Positions 26,838-39,200 of a stretch of 45,112 nucleotides of DNA are shown in pieces; the first letter of the stretch is position 1, and the number at the start of each line of letters is the position of its first letter. Under the pieces are notes generated by a model that did not search any database, had not been told where the DNA came from, and worked only from the letters and a program-made list of their open reading frames with translations. This stretch comes from a virus: IMG/VR virus record IMGVR_UViG_3300035670_000053. One strand, 5' to 3'. Position numbers and translations under genes: made by a program.

Positions 26838-29800
26838 ATGATTCCATCTACCCAAAATAAATTATTAGTAACTGAAGATTGGAAAAAGATTTATCAATCT
26901 TTCAGAAATGCCGATTTTAAGAGTTATGATTTCGAAACTCTTAGAAGAACAATGGTGCAATATCTTCAGCAAAATTATCCTGAAGATTTTAATGACTTTA
27001 TAGATTCAAGTGAATATATTGCACTTATTGATTTAATTGCGTATTTGGGACAGAATTTAAGTTTTAGAATTGATTTAAACGCTAGAGAAAATTTTTTAGA
27101 AACTGCACAACGTAGAGATAGCATTTTAAGACTAGCACAATTGATAAGTTATATACCTAAAAGAAATGTGCCCGCGAGTGGATTTTTAAAGTTAACATCA
27201 GTATCTACAACTGATTCAGTTATTGATGCTTCTGGAATAAATTTAGCAAATTCTTATATAAATTGGAACGATCCTTCTAATTTAAATTGGTATCAACAAT
27301 TTATAACGATCCTTAATTCTGCCATGAGTGGTACTTTCTCTTTTGGTAAACCATATGATAGAAGTATTGTTGGTGGTATTTTAACAGAACAATATAGAAT
27401 TAATAGTTCAAATACTGATGTTCCTATATTTTCATTTACAAAAAATGTAAATGGTATTAACATGGAATTTGAAATTGTCCCATGTTCATTTAGTAATTCT
27501 ACTTCAGTGTATGAAGAAACACCAAAACCAAATACTACATTCAGCTTGTTATTTAGAAATGATAATCAAGGATCAAGTAGTTCAAATACTGGATTTTTCG
27601 TATTATTTAAACAGGGTTCATTGGGATTAACCAATTTTACTTTAGATACTCCAGTCCCTAATGAAATAGTTGGAGTAAACATAACAAACATTAATGATAC
27701 TGATGTATGGTTATGGCAATTAGACTCAAATGGAAATTATGATACATTGTGGAAAAAAGTGCCCGCTATAGCAGGCAATAATATAATATACAATAGTTTA
27801 AACAAAAACGAACGAAAGATTTATAGTGTTACATCCCGTGATTTAGATCAAGTTGATTTAAACTTTGCTGATGGAAGTTTTGGTGATTTACCAAAAGGAT
27901 CATTTAGAGTATTTTACAGACAAAGTAATGGTTTGACATATACTATAAAACCTGAACAAATGTCAGGTATACAAATAGAAATTCCATATTTTAATAAATC
28001 TGGGCAAAGTCATACATTAACGATGATATTATCATTACAATATAATATTAATAACAGTTCTGGTGCAGAGAGTAATCAAAGTATACAAAATAAAGCCCCG
28101 CAGTCATATTATACTCAAAATAGAATGGTTACTGCGGAAGATTATAATATTGCTCCATTGACGGTTGCTAATGATATATTAAAAGTTAAAAGTGTAAATA
28201 GAATTTCAAGTGGAATTAGTAAATTTTATGATTTGAATGATTCAACTGGTAGATTTGGTAATACAAATATATTTGCATCTGACGGTATAATATATAAAGA
28301 TCAAAAAGAATCTAATTTTACTTTTGAATTTATTAATAGAAATGAAATTTATGAAGTAATTAAAAGTAAATTAGCTCCTATAATTTCTTCAAAAGAACTT
28401 AGATCTTTCTATTTGGAAAATTATGATAGGATTGATTTAACATCACTTAATATTACTTGGAATCAAGTGACAAAAACAGCTAGTGAATCTAATGGTTATT
28501 TTGAAGATACAACTCAAGTTCCTTCACCAATTAATATAGGTTCATTTGGCATAAACAATTTAAGATATATTACTGATGGTGCGTTGGTTAAATTTATAGC
28601 ACCAAAAACAAATACGGGACAAGATCAGTTTTTTTCTGCATCTGGATCTATAGTTTCTACACAAACAAATAAAACTAAAAATTATATATGGGCTAAAGTT
28701 GTTCAAGTTATAGGTGATGGATCTAATGGTGGTCAAGGAACGTTGGATAATGGAACGGGTCCAGTAAAATTTAGCGAAGTAATACCAACTGGTGCTATAC
28801 CAACTTTAGTTATACCTAAATTTGTGGATAGTTTATCATTTGCTTTTGAAACAGAATTGATAAATCTGTGCTTAAATCAAAGAAATTTTGGAATTACTTT
28901 TAATAGAATTTCAAGAACTTGGAATATTATTTTAGATACTAATTTAGATATAGCCAATCCATTTAGTTTAGTATATCAAGGAAATATTGACAATACCAAT
29001 AAAGATTCCAGTTGGGTTATAGCATTTATTTGGAATGGTATAAATTATACAGTTCGACATAGATTTATAGAATTTATTTTCGAAAGTGAAAAAGAAACAA
29101 CGTTTTTCATAGATGATAGTAATACAAATTATGATTTTATAAGCAATAAATTGATTAAAGATAAAATTGATATATTATCATTTAATAATTCAGTTACTCC
29201 GATACTTGCGGCAAATACAGCCACTTTTGGTAGTTTAGGAAAAGACTATTCATGGCAAATTGATGGGTCAATTGTAGAACCTGATGGGTATGTTAATAAT
29301 AAAAAAATAAAAATAAGTTTTTATGATTTTAATAACTATGGGCAAATTCTAGATCCAGATTCATTTAATAATGTGGTAGAACCATTAACAACCAGCACTA
29401 CTACTGGGTTTAATGATAAATTTGTATATTTCAAAAAATTATCTGATGGATTAAGATATCAATTAATTGATGAAGATATTCAGGCATATCCTACTCCAAG
29501 TGATATTATTGGTATACCAAGTACAAGTACATTATATTATTTTTATAATCCATCATACAATGTTGTCAAAAAATATGATGAGAATGTTTCAAATTTATCA
29601 GATCCATGGATATTGCAATCTGATTATTTTGCATATCCAGGAAGGACTGACTTAAAATTTCATTATGTTCATAACAGCAGCGATGAAAGAAGAATAGATC
29701 CTAGTAAGAGTAATATAATAGATATATACTTGTTAACTTCTGATTATGATAGGGAATATAGAAGTTGGCTACTATCCGGTCAGGGTAATGAACCATTGGC

Positions 29801-30293
29801 TCCTACTGTTCAAAGTTTAGAACAAAATTATTCTTCATTTTTAGAACCAATAAAAACAATTAGTGATGAGATAATTTTTCATCCAGTTAAATATAAGGTA
29901 CTATTTGGTGATAAAGCAGAATCTAATTTAAGAGCGACTTTTAAAGCTGTGAGAAATTCATCTAGATTTATAAGTGATAATGAAATAAAAACTAGAATAT
30001 TAAGTGCAATGCAAGAATTTTTTAGTTTAGAAAATTGGGATTTCGGGCAAACTTTTTATTTCAGTGAATTATCAACCTATGTTATGAATTTGCTTACTCC
30101 AGATATTTTGAATTTCATAATAGTTCCAAAAGGTAATTTTAATTTTGGAAGTTTATATGAGATTACATGTTTAAGTAATGAAATATTTGTAAATGGTGCA
30201 ACAGTATTTGATATTGAAATAATTGATGCAATAACAGCATCACAGTTAAAAACTACTTCTATAATTACGGATAGCGGAATTAATAATGTCTAA
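26838..30293 (+). CDS. gp6: Baseplate wedge protein (gp6-like, enlarged)
   Basis: 'DFETLR...YL', 'LIDLIAY', 'ENFLETAQRRDSILRLAQLISYIPKR', 'FADG.FG..P', 'QNRMVTAEDY'. Confidence 0.92.
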   Translation: MIPSTQNKLLVTEDWKKIYQSFRNADFKSYDFETLRRTMVQYLQQNYPEDFNDFIDSSEYIALIDLIAYLGQNLSFRIDLNARENFLETAQRRDSILRLAQLISYIPKRNVPASGFLKLTSVSTTDSVIDASGINLANSYINWNDPSNLNWYQQFITILNSAMSGTFSFGKPYDRSIVGGILTEQYRINSSNTDVPIFSFTKNVNGINMEFEIVPCSFSNSTSVYEETPKPNTTFSLLFRNDNQGSSSSNTGFFVLFKQGSLGLTNFTLDTPVPNEIVGVNITNINDTDVWLWQLDSNGNYDTLWKKVPAIAGNNIIYNSLNKNERKIYSVTSRDLDQVDLNFADGSFGDLPKGSFRVFYRQSNGLTYTIKPEQMSGIQIEIPYFNKSGQSHTLTMILSLQYNINNSSGAESNQSIQNKAPQSYYTQNRMVTAEDYNIAPLTVANDILKVKSVNRISSGISKFYDLNDSTGRFGNTNIFASDGIIYKDQKESNFTFEFINRNEIYEVIKSKLAPIISSKELRSFYLENYDRIDLTSLNITWNQVTKTASESNGYFEDTTQVPSPINIGSFGINNLRYITDGALVKFIAPKTNTGQDQFFSASGSIVSTQTNKTKNYIWAKVVQVIGDGSNGGQGTLDNGTGPVKFSEVIPTGAIPTLVIPKFVDSLSFAFETELINLCLNQRNFGITFNRISRTWNIILDTNLDIANPFSLVYQGNIDNTNKDSSWVIAFIWNGINYTVRHRFIEFIFESEKETTFFIDDSNTNYDFISNKLIKDKIDILSFNNSVTPILAANTATFGSLGKDYSWQIDGSIVEPDGYVNNKKIKISFYDFNNYGQILDPDSFNNVVEPLTTSTTTGFNDKFVYFKKLSDGLRYQLIDEDIQAYPTPSDIIGIPSTSTLYYFYNPSYNVVKKYDENVSNLSDPWILQSDYFAYPGRTDLKFHYVHNSSDERRIDPSKSNIIDIYLLTSDYDREYRSWLLSGQGNEPLAPTVQSLEQNYSSFLEPIKTISDEIIFHPVKYKVLFGDKAESNLRATFKAVRNSSRFISDNEIKTRILSAMQEFFSLENWDFGQTFYFSELSTYVMNLLTPDILNFIIVPKGNFNFGSLYEITCLSNEIFVNGATVFDIEIIDAITASQLKTTSIITDSGINNV

Positions 30294-33200
30294 TAAAAAA
30301 ATAAAATCTGTAAATTTGTTGCCTGAATTTTTAAGAACTGATAAAAATTCAAAATTTTTATCAGGTACTATTGATCAATTAATTCAAAAACCGGAAATTG
30401 AACGTTTAGATGGATTTATAGGATCTAAACTAACTCCTAATTTTAATTCAAATCAAGATTTTTATATTAATGAGAAAGATGTATTAAAATCAAATTATCA
30501 ATTTGAACCAGCATTAATATTAAAAGATAATTTAAATAATGTTCTTGATACAGTAAGTTATGATGATCTTATAAATGAAATTAAATTTAATAATGGTGAC
30601 ATTAAAAATTTAAATTCTCTTTTCAATACTGACCATTATTCATTTAATCCATTTATAGATTTTGATAAATTTGTAAATTATCAAGATTATTACTGGTTGC
30701 CAACAGGACCACAGCCTATAAAAATAGTAGGTCTTATTGCGGATACAACCAGTACATATACAGTAGTAGATAATGAGGCATTGACTTCATTTGTATTTAC
30801 TCCCACTGGTTTAGAGGAAGATCCCATAATAACTTTGTATAGAGGTAATACATATAATTTTGATATAAACAGCCAATATCAATTTTATTTAAAAACTCAA
30901 CCTACTATAAGCGGATCTAGTAATTTGTACAATGAAGGTGTTACCAACAATGGCACTAGTACAGGAATATTATCTATAATAATAGATGATAATACTCCAG
31001 ATCTTTTATATTATGTAGGTAAAGATTCTCCTTCTACTGTAGGAAAAATCATAGTCAAGTCATTTGATGAAAATTCATTTTTGGATGTAGAAAAAGAAAT
31101 AGTAGGAAAAAAATATTATAAATCTGGGAATAATATTGAGTTATCAAATGGGATGAAAGTCCGATTTGGTGGCAGAGTTTATCCTGAAAAATATAGAAAT
31201 AAAGATTTCTTTGTTGAAGGTGTTGGTAACGAAATAGCTTTAGTTGATTATGAAAAGTTAATTTCAGGTGATTTTATAGCTGATATATATAATGATAATT
31301 TTGATTCAACACCGTTTGATACTTATCCATTTGATTCTTTTAAAAATCTTCCGTTAGATCCTGAATACATAACAATAAATCGTTCTAGTAGAGATTTAAA
31401 TCAATGGTCTAGATATAACAGATGGTTTCATAAAGATATAATTGAACAATCTGCTTTCTACAATAGACAATTGCCTGTATTTCCTATTGACAAAAGAGCG
31501 GTTCGTCCTATTATTGAATTTAAACCAAATATTAAACTATTTAATTTCGGTATAAACGGAATAGATAATGTTGATTATATAGATGTTACCACAACTGATG
31601 TCTTTAGTAATGTGGAAGGTTCTGCTGGTTATTATGTTGATCAGGAACTTCTTCAAGAAGGTAATACTGTAATTTTTAATGAAGATGCAGATCCTTTAGT
31701 TCAAGGTAAAATATTTGAAATTCACTATGATTTTGTGGATAATAAAAAAGTTTTAAATTTAATTTTAAAAGATGATTTGAGTGACAAAATTAGTCCAACA
31801 GTTTGTATAAACAGTGGTGCTGAATATACAGGATCAAGTTGGTGGTTTAATGGTACAAAATGGATATATGGGCAGCAACATACACAGTTGAATCAAGCTC
31901 CATTATTTGATGTATTTGATAATAACGGCGAATCTTATGTTCGTGATGATTCTGACTTTAAAGGAACAAAATTATTTGGATATTCAGAAGGGAATATTTT
32001 TGATAAAATTTTAGGGCTTAACATAAAACTTGAAAATAGTGTAGGTATCGGCAGCTACGTATTCAAAAGTTATTTAATGACAGATACTTTTAATATTTTT
32101 TATAATAATGAAGTAGTAAGGCAATTAAGTACTGAAAATGGGTATCTAAAAGTTACAAATACTAATAATACAGAATTTAAAAATTCATGGGATTCTGCAT
32201 ATGAATACAAATCTCCCATAATACAAAATACGGGTGTAGCTTCTAGTACATCTTCAGTTCTTATTGATTCGGTTAATTTTATTAGTAATGAAACTATATT
32301 AGTAAATGCATACTTAAATAATAAAAAAGTAGATAAAACAGAGTATGAAATAGTAAATGTTAATAAATCAAAATATATTAATTTTACAAATACCGTATCA
32401 ACAAATACAAGTCTTTTACTAAAAATATTTACGTCAGATACTCCTAAAAATAATGGATATTACGAAACACCCCTAAGTTTATCTAATAATCCTAATAATA
32501 CTGCTATTAATGAATTAACATTAAGTGAAATCAGCGATCACTTAAAATCTGCTATTGAAAATGTTAATAACAATAGTACTTATAAATTAAGAGATATAAG
32601 TGATATTAATTTGTATGCAAATAGAATAATTGCATCTAAAAATCCTATTGTTTTTTCTGAATTTTTTATTGGTAAAAAAGAAAATAGTATATTAGATGCG
32701 ATAGATTTTTGTGATTTGCAATATTCACAATTCAAGATGGCTTTATTAAAATCAATATCTGAAATATCGGATGAAACTACGCCTAGTAAAATTTTAGATA
32801 AAGCTTTAAAAAATATAAATCAGAATAAAGATTTAAAAAGTCCTTTTTACTACTCTGATATGTTGGGTTATGGTTCAGATGTAGTTTCAAAAAAATATAG
32901 AGTTGTGGATACAATTAATAATGTATTTCCGATACCTATAAATTTTAATTTAGATAATCTGAGTTTACAAAGTATTTTAATATATAAAAATGGAACTCAA
33001 TTAATCAATGAAACAGAGTACAAATTTATTAATGATGAATCTATAGAAGTGCTAGTAGATTTAGTATCTGGTGACGAAATAGAAATAGTATTTTACAGTA
33101 ATACTGAAGGGTGTTATATACCACCAACCCCAACAAAATTAGGATTATATCCTAATTTTGAACCAAAATTTTTATATGATAGTACATATATTGATGGGGA

Positions 33201-36200
33201 AACAAAGGTAATTCAAGGTCATGATGGTAGTATAACAATAGCGTTTAATGACTATAGAGATGATGTATTAATTGAATATGAAAGACGTGTATTTAATAAT
33301 ATAAAATCTACATATAAAAATGAATTTTTAGACTATAATTCAATTATACCTTCAGCTTTTAGAAAAACTGATTATAATACTTTAGAAATTAATCAAGTAT
33401 TGCAGAAAAATTTCTTTAAATGGGTTGGTTTATATGGTGTTGACCACACAAAAAATTCAATATTTGATATAACAAATTCATTTACGTGGAATTATAAAGA
33501 CGCATATATACAAAGTATACAAATTCCAACTTCAGGATATTGGAGAAATATATATAAATTCCTATATGATACCGATAGACCACATACACATCCGTGGGAA
33601 ATGTTAGGATTTTCTATAAAACCTTCTTGGTGGGATGAAGAATATGGTCCAGCTCCATATACATCAAACAATGAAATTTTATGGAATGATATAGAAAATG
33701 GTATCATAAAACAGGGTGATAGACAAGGAATTGATAAACTATATATAAGAAAAAATTTAAGTTTAGTGTTACCAGTTGATGAAGGTGGAAATTTAAAAAC
33801 TCCAGTTGAAATTGGTATAATTAATGTAAACCCATCCAAACAAAAATTAAATTGGGTTTTTGGTGATTTTGCTCCACCAGAAAATGTTTGGAGAAAAAGC
33901 TCTAGTTGGCCTTTTGCGGTTCAAAAATTATTAGCTTTAACTAAACCAGCCACTTATTGTAGTTTAATGTATGATGTATCTAGATTGAGTAAGAATATTG
34001 CCAATCAGGTTACATATGGAGATTTAAATAAATTTTTAAGTTTAAAAAATGTAGAAGTGCCCAATAACACTTCCGTATTGACTAGTGGATTTAGTGTTTA
34101 TATTGCTGAGTATGGGAAATATTTAAATGTTAACTACATTAGTGAAATTATTTCAAATTTAAATAATTATGATATAAATCTCTATTATAAAATTGGCGGT
34201 TTTACTAGTAAAAATAAAATACAGATTTTAATGGATGCGTATGATCCAGTATCAAATAATCCAGGATCTATACTACCGAATGAAGACTATAGAATTGTTT
34301 TAAATGAAAGTAATCCAACTAAGTCATTTAGAATTTCTGGAATTATAATACAAAAGCTAAATGGTAAATTTATTGTAAAAGGGTATGATCAAACATCTCC
34401 ATATTTCACTATTTTTGCCCCTCAACGAAATGTAACGACTCAATCTATAACTGTTGGTGGAATATCTGAGTCTTATATAAATTGGAGTGATGACAATTCT
34501 TCCGCATCAATAAATTTATCAAATGCAGAGACCACAACAGCCGCCACTGCGACATATGGTAAATTTTATCAACAGGGTCAAATAGTATTTTACAAAAATA
34601 ATTTTTATAGAGTTAGAGTAAATCATAGATCTGATGGTCAATTTAATACATCATATTTTCAAGTATTACCAAGTTTACCGATAATTGGTGGTGCAACAGT
34701 TCAATTAGCGAAAAATTTTGATAATAAAGAAACCATAATTCAATATGGAACAGAGCTTCAAACAATACAAGAAGTTTATGATTTAATAGTTGGATATGGT
34801 GCTTGGTTAGAGCATAATGGTTTTGTATTTGATGATTATAATAAAAATATAAATGAAATTTTAGATTGGAATTTTTCTGCAAAGGAGTTTTTATATTGGA
34901 CAACACAAAATTGGGCGGATAACAGTTTAATAAGTATTAGCCCATTTTCTAATCAAGTAAAATTTAAGATTACTGACAGTGTTATAGATGATATCTTTAA
35001 TAAGTTTTATGATTATGGTTTATTACAAGTAAATGGTCTACCATATCCTAAAAATTTTATAACTGTAAATCGAGATGATGAATATTGTGTAATAAAAACT
35101 ACAAATGATTTAAGTGGAATTTATTTTGCTAGATTAAATGCAGTTCAAAAAGAACATGCAATCGTGTTTAATAATAAAACAATATTTAATGATACTATAC
35201 TTGATTTAGAAACTGGATATAGACAACAACGAGTTAAAGTAACTGGCTTTAAAACAAGTAATTGGAATGGAGATTTTAATAGCCCTGGTTTCGTGTATGA
35301 TTCTGCTAAAATTTTAGAATGGACAGAATATAGAGATTATAAGTATGCTGATACTGTTTCATATGCTAACAAATTCTATTCAGCAAAAAGAAATATAGCA
35401 GGAACTAATACGTTTGATTTTAATGATTGGGTATTGTTATCTAGTAAGCCAGATGATGATTTATTGCCAAACTTTGATTATAAAATAAATCAAATTGAAG
35501 ATTTTTATAGTCTTGATATTGATAATTTTGATCAAGCACAAAATGATATGGCCCAGCACTTAACTGGATATACTCCTAGAGTATTCTTGAACAATATTTT
35601 CTCTGATAAAATTGCACAGTATAAATTTTACCAAGGTTTTATTAAGGAAAAAGGAACAAAAAATTCTTTAACAAAGTTAGCTAAAGCAACTTTAAAAAAT
35701 TTACAAGGTGAAATTGATTTCAAAGAAGAGTGGGCTTTTAGGGTAGGAAGTTTTGGGTCATATGAAACATTCAAAGAAATAGAATTCCCATTAGTAGAAG
35801 GTACTTTTTATGAAAATCCACAAATAATAAAATTTGTTGATCAATTTGTTAGTGTTCCGAACGATTTGATATCATATCAAACACCATCACAGATAGTGTT
35901 GAAACCTGATGATTATGTAAGTTCAACCACTTTTATAACATTGAATTCTACATTTGATGATAATAACTTTAAATTAAAATCGGCTGGATATGTCAGATTG
36001 GATGATATAGATGCTACTGCATTAAATGAAGATAGTTTAATAGATATAGCAAATAATTCTTTAATTCAAGAAAATACTGTAATATGGATTGGTTATAAAA
36101 ACTTTAGAGAATGGGATGTTTTAAGATATGAAAACACTGGAGTGCGCATTGTTTCAGCTAACTCCAATTTTGATAATACTGAAATAACTTTTAAAACAGA

Positions 36201-39200
36201 TAAATTTCACAATTTAAAATCTGGTGATATAATATCTATAGTTCAATTTGACTCAGCATCAAATGGTGTTTATAAGGTAGCAAGAATTGCATCTCTTTCT
36301 GATTTTGTTATAACAAAAACTATTAATGATTATGAAATTTTAGAATCAAGTTTAGATTCTCCTGGATTATTGTTTAAATTTGCTTCTTTAAGATTTGATA
36401 ATTATAATAATATAATACCAGATTATAAACTTTTAAGTTCTCCATATGGAACTAACTATTGGATTGATAAGAATATAAATGGTAAATGGGAAGTTTACAA
36501 AAAAACTAAAAATTATAATCCTTCATTTAATAAAGTAAAGGTTGGCGCTAATACAGATCAGTTTGGTAAAAAAATATTCAAACAGAAAAATTCAAATGTA
36601 TTATTAGTTAGCGCTCCACAAGAAATAAGAAATTCAAAATACGGAAGCGTTTATTTTTATGAAGTCATAAATGATAATATTGTATTAAAATTAAAATATA
36701 CTTTAAACGAAAGTATAAGCTATAATGATAATAGTGTAAATTACTTCGGTGATACATTATATTATGATGATTTGAACTTTAATAATACTGATTATGGTTT
36801 ACTCTTTGTTGGAGCCCCTTATGCTAGCAGAATGAAAAATGCCGGATCAATCGGGGGTGTGCGATATTCTACTGGTACTGAAACAGCATCTGTTTTAAAT
36901 GAAGAGGGTGTATTAAAGATTAGTAGTATAAACCCATTACTTTTTAAAGAAAAAACAGAATTTATATTATTGAGCCCTACTCCTTCTAATTATCAGAGAT
37001 TTGGAGCTAGCGTTTATGTTCAGTCTGATACCTCAACTAAACTATTGATAGTTGGTGCACCTAGTTCGGTTAGTACTGGGACAGGTAATGTATATGCTTA
37101 TTCTTTAAATGCTGAATCTGATCAAGTAACAATAACAACTTCAACCTATGATTTAGAATTATTACCTCCTGTAGCTCTTTCTACTGGAGATCAGTGGGGT
37201 TATAGCATCTCTGGAAATAGATCTGGTTCAGTTGTTGCTATAGCGGCACCTGGAAAAAATCAAGATACCGGGGCAGTATATATTTTCAACAAAGATACTT
37301 ATATACAAACACTTACTGTACCTAGTGTAATATCAACAAATTCTAGATTTGGTGAACAGCTATTAGTTTCAGAAGATGGGAATAAAATAGTAGTTTCAGC
37401 ACCTTATACAAGTAATTCTAACTTATCTAAAGGTACTGTAGTTATATATGATAGAATAAATTCTAGTAATACTTTTACAATAACACAAATAATAAGTAAT
37501 CCAGTCGAATATTCTGAAATGAATTTTGGAATGTCAATAGATATAAATGAAGATAAAAATTTATTAGCTATATCTGCATTGGGAAAAAATAATTTTGTAA
37601 AAACTACTTTTGATAATTATTCTGGATCTACCAATGTTCAATATATAAATGATAACAACAGTGTATTAAATCAAACATTTACTACATTTGATTCAGCATC
37701 AACTGAATTTTTTGATCAAGTAGATGATACTGGAACTGTATATTTGTATGATAACAAAAATACAAGATATGCACTATGTGATGAAGTTCGTCCTACATCA
37801 CCTATAGGTCAAGATAGTTACGGTTTTTCTGTCAAAATAGACAACAATAAAATATATATCGGTGCTCCATCTATTAACACGAATTTGAATATTAGTGGTT
37901 TCTATAATTTTGATAGAATTAATAAAAATATTTCTGGATATGAAATATATAGATCACAAGATAATTTAATAGACGTTGATTTAATAAGAAAAAATAGTAT
38001 TATTGATATATCTAAAGAACAAGTTATAGATTATCTTGATGTATTTGATCCTTTAAAAGGAAAAATAACTGGTGTAGCAGATCAAGAATTAAGATATAAA
38101 TCTTTTACCGATCCAGCAATATACACTATTGGATCATCTGATGTAATCGTTGATCCTAATAGAAATTGGCTTGATGATCAAGTTGGAAATTTATGGTGGG
38201 ATTTAAGCACCGTTAAATATTTTTGGTATGAACAAGGTGAATTATCTTACAGAAAAAATGCATGGGGTAAAATATTCCCTGGATGTACAATTGATGTATA
38301 TGAGTGGGTAAGATCTGAATATTTACCAAGTGAGTGGAGTTCTTTAGCAGATACACCAACAGGGTTAACTAAAGCTATAAGTGGACAACCAAAGTATATA
38401 GATAATACTGTTGTGTCAGTAAAACAGATTGTCAATCCACTAAGTGGCAGTTATTCAAACGTTTATTACTACTGGGTTAAAAACAAAGTAACTATACCAG
38501 ATGTTACAAATAGAAGAATAAGTTCCTTCCAAGTAGCAAGTTTAATTGCTGACCCAGTGGCAAATGGTGTTAGATTAATTGAAATTTTATCTAAAGATGC
38601 AGTTGCTTTAGCTAATGTTGGAACTATTCTAAAAGATGACAAAATACATTTAAATGTTACATATGATAGTATAGATAACAGAATACCAAAACATACTGAA
38701 TGGCTGTTACTTGAAGAAAATTCAGATAAGAGTTTCCCAAATACATTATTAACTAAAAAATTATTTGATAGTTTATTGGGACATGATAATATTGGTAACT
38801 TAGTTCCTGATCCAAATGTTTCTTTTAGAAATAGATATGGTATAAGTATAAGACCAAGACAGAGTTTATTTAAAGATAGATTTGCGGCTTTAAGAAATTT
38901 AATAGAATTTGCAAATTCAATTTTTGTAAAACATCCTATTACTGACAAATCAAGTTTTGTAAATCTTAATAGAAAAGAAGAAATACCAAACTTTTTATTA
39001 AATCAGTACGATTTATTAGTAAGTGATAATGAATTTTTAACTTCTGGTCAAATAGAAACTAAAAAATTAGAAACAGCTGTATTAAAAGCTAATATCAACA
39101 ATGGAAGAATAGTTTCTGTAACAGTGCTTAGTTCTGGATTTGGATACATAGCTCCACCTAGTGTAAAAATATTAAGCGATGTAGCAAATAATGCTGAAAT

